A DNA stretch of 64,000 nucleotides from Patescibacteria group bacterium. Lineage in GTDB: Bacteria; Patescibacteriota; Microgenomatia; UBA1400; PJMF01. The number at the start of each line of letters is the position of its first letter. The first letter of the stretch is position 1. Under the pieces are notes generated by a model. The model saw nothing but the letters and a program-made list of their open reading frames with translations. It was not told the origin of the DNA and made no database searches. The stretch covers positions 72,333 to 136,332 of the forward strand of contig JAZQJV010000010.1 in NCBI GenBank assembly GCA_045541795.1, read 5' to 3'. This document shows positions 60,353 through 64,000 of the stretch, piece by piece. The translations under genes and the position numbers were made by a program.

Positions 60353-61063
60353 ATGTCAACAATCAGTAATCTAGAAACTCAAGCAATTAATGCGGCTAAG
60401 AAAGCCGACTGGGATCAGGCAATTCTCGCCAACAGTAACATCCTCAAAGATCATCCAGCCGACATCGGCGCACTCAACCGCACTGGTTTTGCCTACATGC
60501 AGGCTGGCGATATTGATCGCGCTATCGAGTACTATAAACGTACTCTCGAAGTCGAAAAAGACAATCCCATCGCTTTGCGCCAACTTGAAAATATCCGCCA
60601 AAATCACGTTAAAACCCCGCAATTTGAGGCCGAAAACTTTGTCGAAGAGCCCAGTAAATCCAAGATCATCTCTCTCCTGCGCCTCGCCAATAAAGACGTC
60701 CTGGAAAATCTCTGTATTGGCCAAAAACTCACTTTACGCCCCAAAGGACGCTTTATTTCCGTAGAAGCTCAAGATAAAACTTATATCGGCTCTTTGCCAG
60801 AAGATATTTCCTTGCGTTTAAGCCATTTGATTGAGCGCGGCAATGAGTATTTATGCCAGCTCCACTCGGCCAGCAGCAAACACATCAGCGTCTTTATCCG
60901 CGAGACTTACCAGTCACCAGCAAATCGCAATTTGCACTCATTTATCAGTAATTTCCAGCCTGGTAGCGATGACAGCATCGGAGAAGATCTACTCCTTTTG
61001 GCTGACGAGTCCCCACTCAATCTCGAGACAGAAGATACCGACAGCGACGGTGGTAATGACTAA
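60353..61063 (+). CDS. TPR-repeat protein with HIRAN-like C-terminal domain
   Basis: ALNRTGFAY...AIEYYKRTLE...NPIA (TPR); G.KL.L......YIG.LP...S.RL..LI..G (HIRAN-like); start at ATG 60353 after TGGTATAAT. Confidence 0.75.
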   Translation: MSTISNLETQAINAAKKADWDQAILANSNILKDHPADIGALNRTGFAYMQAGDIDRAIEYYKRTLEVEKDNPIALRQLENIRQNHVKTPQFEAENFVEEPSKSKIISLLRLANKDVLENLCIGQKLTLRPKGRFISVEAQDKTYIGSLPEDISLRLSHLIERGNEYLCQLHSASSKHISVFIRETYQSPANRNLHSFISNFQPGSDDSIGEDLLLLADESPLNLETEDTDSDGGND

Positions 61064-62169
61064 TTTGCCAATTCTTCACCCAGGTATAAAACCGCACCTG
61101 CACGCTGCGCCCGCGCTACACTACCGCCATCTGCCACTCCAATTACCCCTTTAGGCAAGTTGTCTTGCAACAGTTGTACCAATTTCACGCAGTCTTCTTG
61201 CGTTTCGTCGTAATAAATCGTTGATTGCTTGATCTTTTCACTGGCAGTCTCCAGTTTGATCACACTCACGCCGTCCAAAGCCAGCATATCGCTCACGCGC
61301 CTGGCCAGTCCATTAGCTGTAGCCGCATTATAGACGCGCAGCTGGCAGTGCACCAGCTGCCTGGTATTGGTAGTCAGCGCACCAGCGTGAAGTTTGGCCA
61401 CATCTTCTACCGGCGTAATAGTAAAATACTTACTCGAACGCAAAGCAAAATAATCAGCCAATAAATCACGGTTAAACTCACTTGTGCGCTGCCAGTCATC
61501 CAGGGTCAAATCTTTGAAAGCTGTCTGTAAATCTGCACGTGTTGTCAGCTCTCCCAAATTCGGCACAAAATAAAATTCATCTAATACTGTCCCAAGAGCA
61601 AAATTATAAGACGCTTTCACTTCTTGTAAATCCTCACTATAGCGATATACTAGAGGGCTTACAGAAGAAAGCGGATAACGTTTATACTGCCCTACCAAAT
61701 TCACCTCCAAACTCCCCGGCAAAAGGAAAACCGTTGCCCGACTGGCAACTGGATCCAGACGAACCAGATACAGTTTTTCGGCTCTTTCATTAATACTTGC
61801 TCCCACCAGCAAGATATTTTTTTCATCAGTTAGCGCAAACTGCCGGGGAAAGTAATTATTCATCAAGATCACATATATTCCCGCAACTAATACCACTAAA
61901 AAAAGTGTCGCCAGCAAGATCGTAACCAGCGTTGAAGCGCGATCTAGTAAAAAAGCCATCCGCCTGGCTTTTTGTTGTTTTTGTTGCACCTGTCGCGCCA
62001 AAAGCGCTGTTTTACTGACCACTTTTCTTGCAGATTTTGCGTTTTTTGGCCGTGGGGAAGCAGACGGTGCCGACTTGCGAGCAGCGGTTTTGACACCCTG
62101 ACGAGCCTGACGCCTAGCCGCCTGCTTTTTATTGGCTTGCTGATTCTTTTTTTCCGTATAACGATACAT
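61060..62169 (-). CDS. Degenerate LCP-like membrane protein with LytR C-terminal domain
   Basis: Basic N-terminus, TM, NILLVG; C-terminal VYNAATANGLARRVSDML...STIYY...LYLGEE. Confidence 0.75.
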   Translation of the reverse strand: MYRYTEKKNQQANKKQAARRQARQGVKTAARKSAPSASPRPKNAKSARKVVSKTALLARQVQQKQQKARRMAFLLDRASTLVTILLATLFLVVLVAGIYVILMNNYFPRQFALTDEKNILLVGASINERAEKLYLVRLDPVASRATVFLLPGSLEVNLVGQYKRYPLSSVSPLVYRYSEDLQEVKASYNFALGTVLDEFYFVPNLGELTTRADLQTAFKDLTLDDWQRTSEFNRDLLADYFALRSSKYFTITPVEDVAKLHAGALTTNTRQLVHCQLRVYNAATANGLARRVSDMLALDGVSVIKLETASEKIKQSTIYYDETQEDCVKLVQLLQDNLPKGVIGVADGGSVARAQRAGAVLYLGEELAN

Positions 62170-62172
62170 CAA

Positions 62173-63549
62173 TCACAGTATAGCAAATTTAGACAAAAAC
62201 TGCAATACCTCACCCAATAAATAAAACGATCCTGTCACCAAAAGCGGCTCTCCAGCACTATTCGCTTCAAAAAACGCCTGACGTATCGCCAAGTCAGTTT
62301 CACCGATACAAGCAACTTTTGCCCCTTGCTCCGCAAATGCCTGCGCCAAACCTGGTAAATCAGACTTCTTGAACTCACCAGGCTTAGTCAGTATTATTTC
62401 CGCAAGATTTGCGGTAATAATTTGTGCTAGTTGCTTCATCTCCTTATCAGCCGCACAGGCAAAAAGTACCCGCCCCCACTTACCGCTACTCTCCCCTCTC
62501 CCCTGCCCAACCGGCCCAAAAAGGCGTCGCCAGGTAGCTAATGTCAATTCCAGACTGCGCGGAGTATGGGCGCCGTCCAATACCAAAGCCGGTATACCAG
62601 GAAAATCAGGGATTTTATCTATAATCTGGAATCTTCCGGGCAGTCGTACCTGACTCAAACCCTGACTAATTATTGTCGCAGGAAATGCCGGGAAAATCGT
62701 CCGTACAGCTAAAGTCGCCAAGGCTGCATTTTCTGCCTGGATCTCTCCTAATAGCGGTAATTGTGCGGTAATAATTTCCCCAGTTTTTTTATCTTCTAGT
62801 TCTATATCCATACCAGTCTGCGTCAATTGCTTGACACCCACCTCCATCATCGTGGGCACATCTGCCAATCTACACTGGCGCTCGCGTGCTGTCTTCGCAA
62901 TCACAGCCTGCACGCTTACATCTTGCCGACTAGTCACCACTGGTACTTTTTCCTTGATGATGCCGCATTTTTCCCGCGCTATTGCCTGCAAATCAGGGCC
63001 TAAATATTGTGTATGCTCTCGTTCTATCGGCGTAATCACGCTGATCACTGGTTGGATAATGTTAGTCGCATCCAGGCGGCCACCCATACCTACCTCAAAA
63101 ACCACACGTCTCACGCCTGCATTGCGGAATGTCAGCATCCCCAGCAGTGTCACTAACTCAAACCAGCCCACTGCCATCCCGATCTGTTGACATAAACTTT
63201 GGATCTCACCACGTCGACTATATAATTCCTGCATTGCTTGCAAATATAGTTCATCAGTAAAAAATCCTGCTGATGTCCGGATCCGTTCTCGCCAATCGCT
63301 CACATGCGGCGACTGGTACACACCTACACTCTCCCCCGCTCCAGCAAGGATAGCAGCAATCATCGCGCTCACTGATCCCTTGCCCTTAGAACCGGCCACA
63401 TGCCAGCACTCATAACTTTTTTGGGGATTGTCAAAAAGCAAACACAACTCCTGCATCACTTGTAGGTGTGCCGCCCGCCGTACTGGCGTCGAAGGAAACA
63501 GCAAAAACGTATCTATCCACTGCCAGTAATCTTCCAAAGTCATGCTCAT
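62173..63549 (-). CDS. folC: Folylpolyglutamate/dihydrofolate synthase
   Basis: HVAGSKGKGS, SPHV..WRERI, EVGMGGRLDATN, LDGAHTP, TGSFYL. Confidence 0.95.
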   Translation of the reverse strand: MSMTLEDYWQWIDTFLLFPSTPVRRAAHLQVMQELCLLFDNPQKSYECWHVAGSKGKGSVSAMIAAILAGAGESVGVYQSPHVSDWRERIRTSAGFFTDELYLQAMQELYSRRGEIQSLCQQIGMAVGWFELVTLLGMLTFRNAGVRRVVFEVGMGGRLDATNIIQPVISVITPIEREHTQYLGPDLQAIAREKCGIIKEKVPVVTSRQDVSVQAVIAKTARERQCRLADVPTMMEVGVKQLTQTGMDIELEDKKTGEIITAQLPLLGEIQAENAALATLAVRTIFPAFPATIISQGLSQVRLPGRFQIIDKIPDFPGIPALVLDGAHTPRSLELTLATWRRLFGPVGQGRGESSGKWGRVLFACAADKEMKQLAQIITANLAEIILTKPGEFKKSDLPGLAQAFAEQGAKVACIGETDLAIRQAFFEANSAGEPLLVTGSFYLLGEVLQFLSKFAIL

Positions 63550-63960
63550 GGGCCGTATTATAGCGAGGATGGCGCAAAAGTCAACTCCAAATTTTATAGA
63601 CCTATAATATAATTATTAACATTGCAAATTCTGCGGTAATTTTTTGCTTCCTCTCATTTCTTAGAAATTAATATTTGTAATTATCAAGATAACTAACTCT
63701 ATAAGATAGATACTAAATGCATCAATAATTTTAATTATTATCAATTAATTGCGACTATTTTGCCGTCCAAACGAGCGTCACGAGGCCGTCATCATGCCGC
63801 ATTTTTCACACTTTTTTAAAGACATTTATAATATTTTTTAATGTCTAAATTTACGCACAAAAAGCTACTTTCCTCAAGCTAACCGATCAAAAATAATCAC
63901 TTTAGGTCATATATGCTCAAATTACACCTATATATCAAGTCTTTTTTCGACCCTCTTAAT

Positions 63961-63987
63961 TTAGCAGTCTTAACACTACTCTGCTAA
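63961..63987. promoter_or_regulatory. CIRCE-like inverted repeat (target may lie beyond the window)
   Basis: TTAGCAGTC-N9-CTCTGCTAA. Confidence 0.5.
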
Positions 63988-64000
63988 CGATCATTTAATT

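Noticed and set aside
85-63190. Numerous short ORFs antisense to or overlapping the called genes (e.g. 6871-7572, 22869-23555, 25373-25978, 57734-57940)
   Set aside because: Shadow frames of well-supported genes or of repeats, with no motifs or translation signals.
1-64000. Alternative genetic code (TGA=Gly as in Gracilibacteria/Absconditabacteria)
   Set aside because: Conserved genes are full-length under code 11 and TGA ends several of them at expected positions, often in ATGA overlaps.

Overview
Chromosomal segment of a small-genome bacterium, inferred to be Patescibacteria/CPR and Microgenomates-like. The inference rests on several ArnT/PMT-type glycosyltransferases, the rpmF-nusB-rnc-rpsP-khpA order, a pilM/N/O cluster, a stand-alone VirB4/TraD-like ATPase and giant Cys-rich secreted proteins; the genetic code looks standard (11). 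Left part: a glycosylation island (1-8.8 kb), then two paralogous three-gene surface cassettes with shuffled order (A-B-C at 9.1-15.6 kb; B'-C'-A' at 20.3-28.0 kb). Each is built around a 1586- or 1892-aa Cys-rich exported protein. Cassette 1 is bracketed by ~100-bp diverged direct repeats carrying conserved dyads. Middle and right: core genes (PBP, serS, lysS, greA, pil genes, rpsP, rnc, a serine-less ACP-like gene, nusB, rpmF, ldh, pheT, rnpA, gyrB-ppa-gyrA, tRNA-Ala(GGC), a Xer-like recombinase, yebC, folC). Non-coding DNA, mainly from 49 kb on, holds several distinct repeated dyad families: a parS-like 32-bp array, an 11-5-11 GCA-N5-TGC site, CIRCE-like sites, a dif-like 28-mer, iteron-like repeats and CCAGGC clustering. 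Many genes look leaderless, and the ribosome-binding motif is often AGAAAG. No CRISPR, RT/DGR, transposase or rRNA was seen. All alignments and counts were done by eye; no database search was run.
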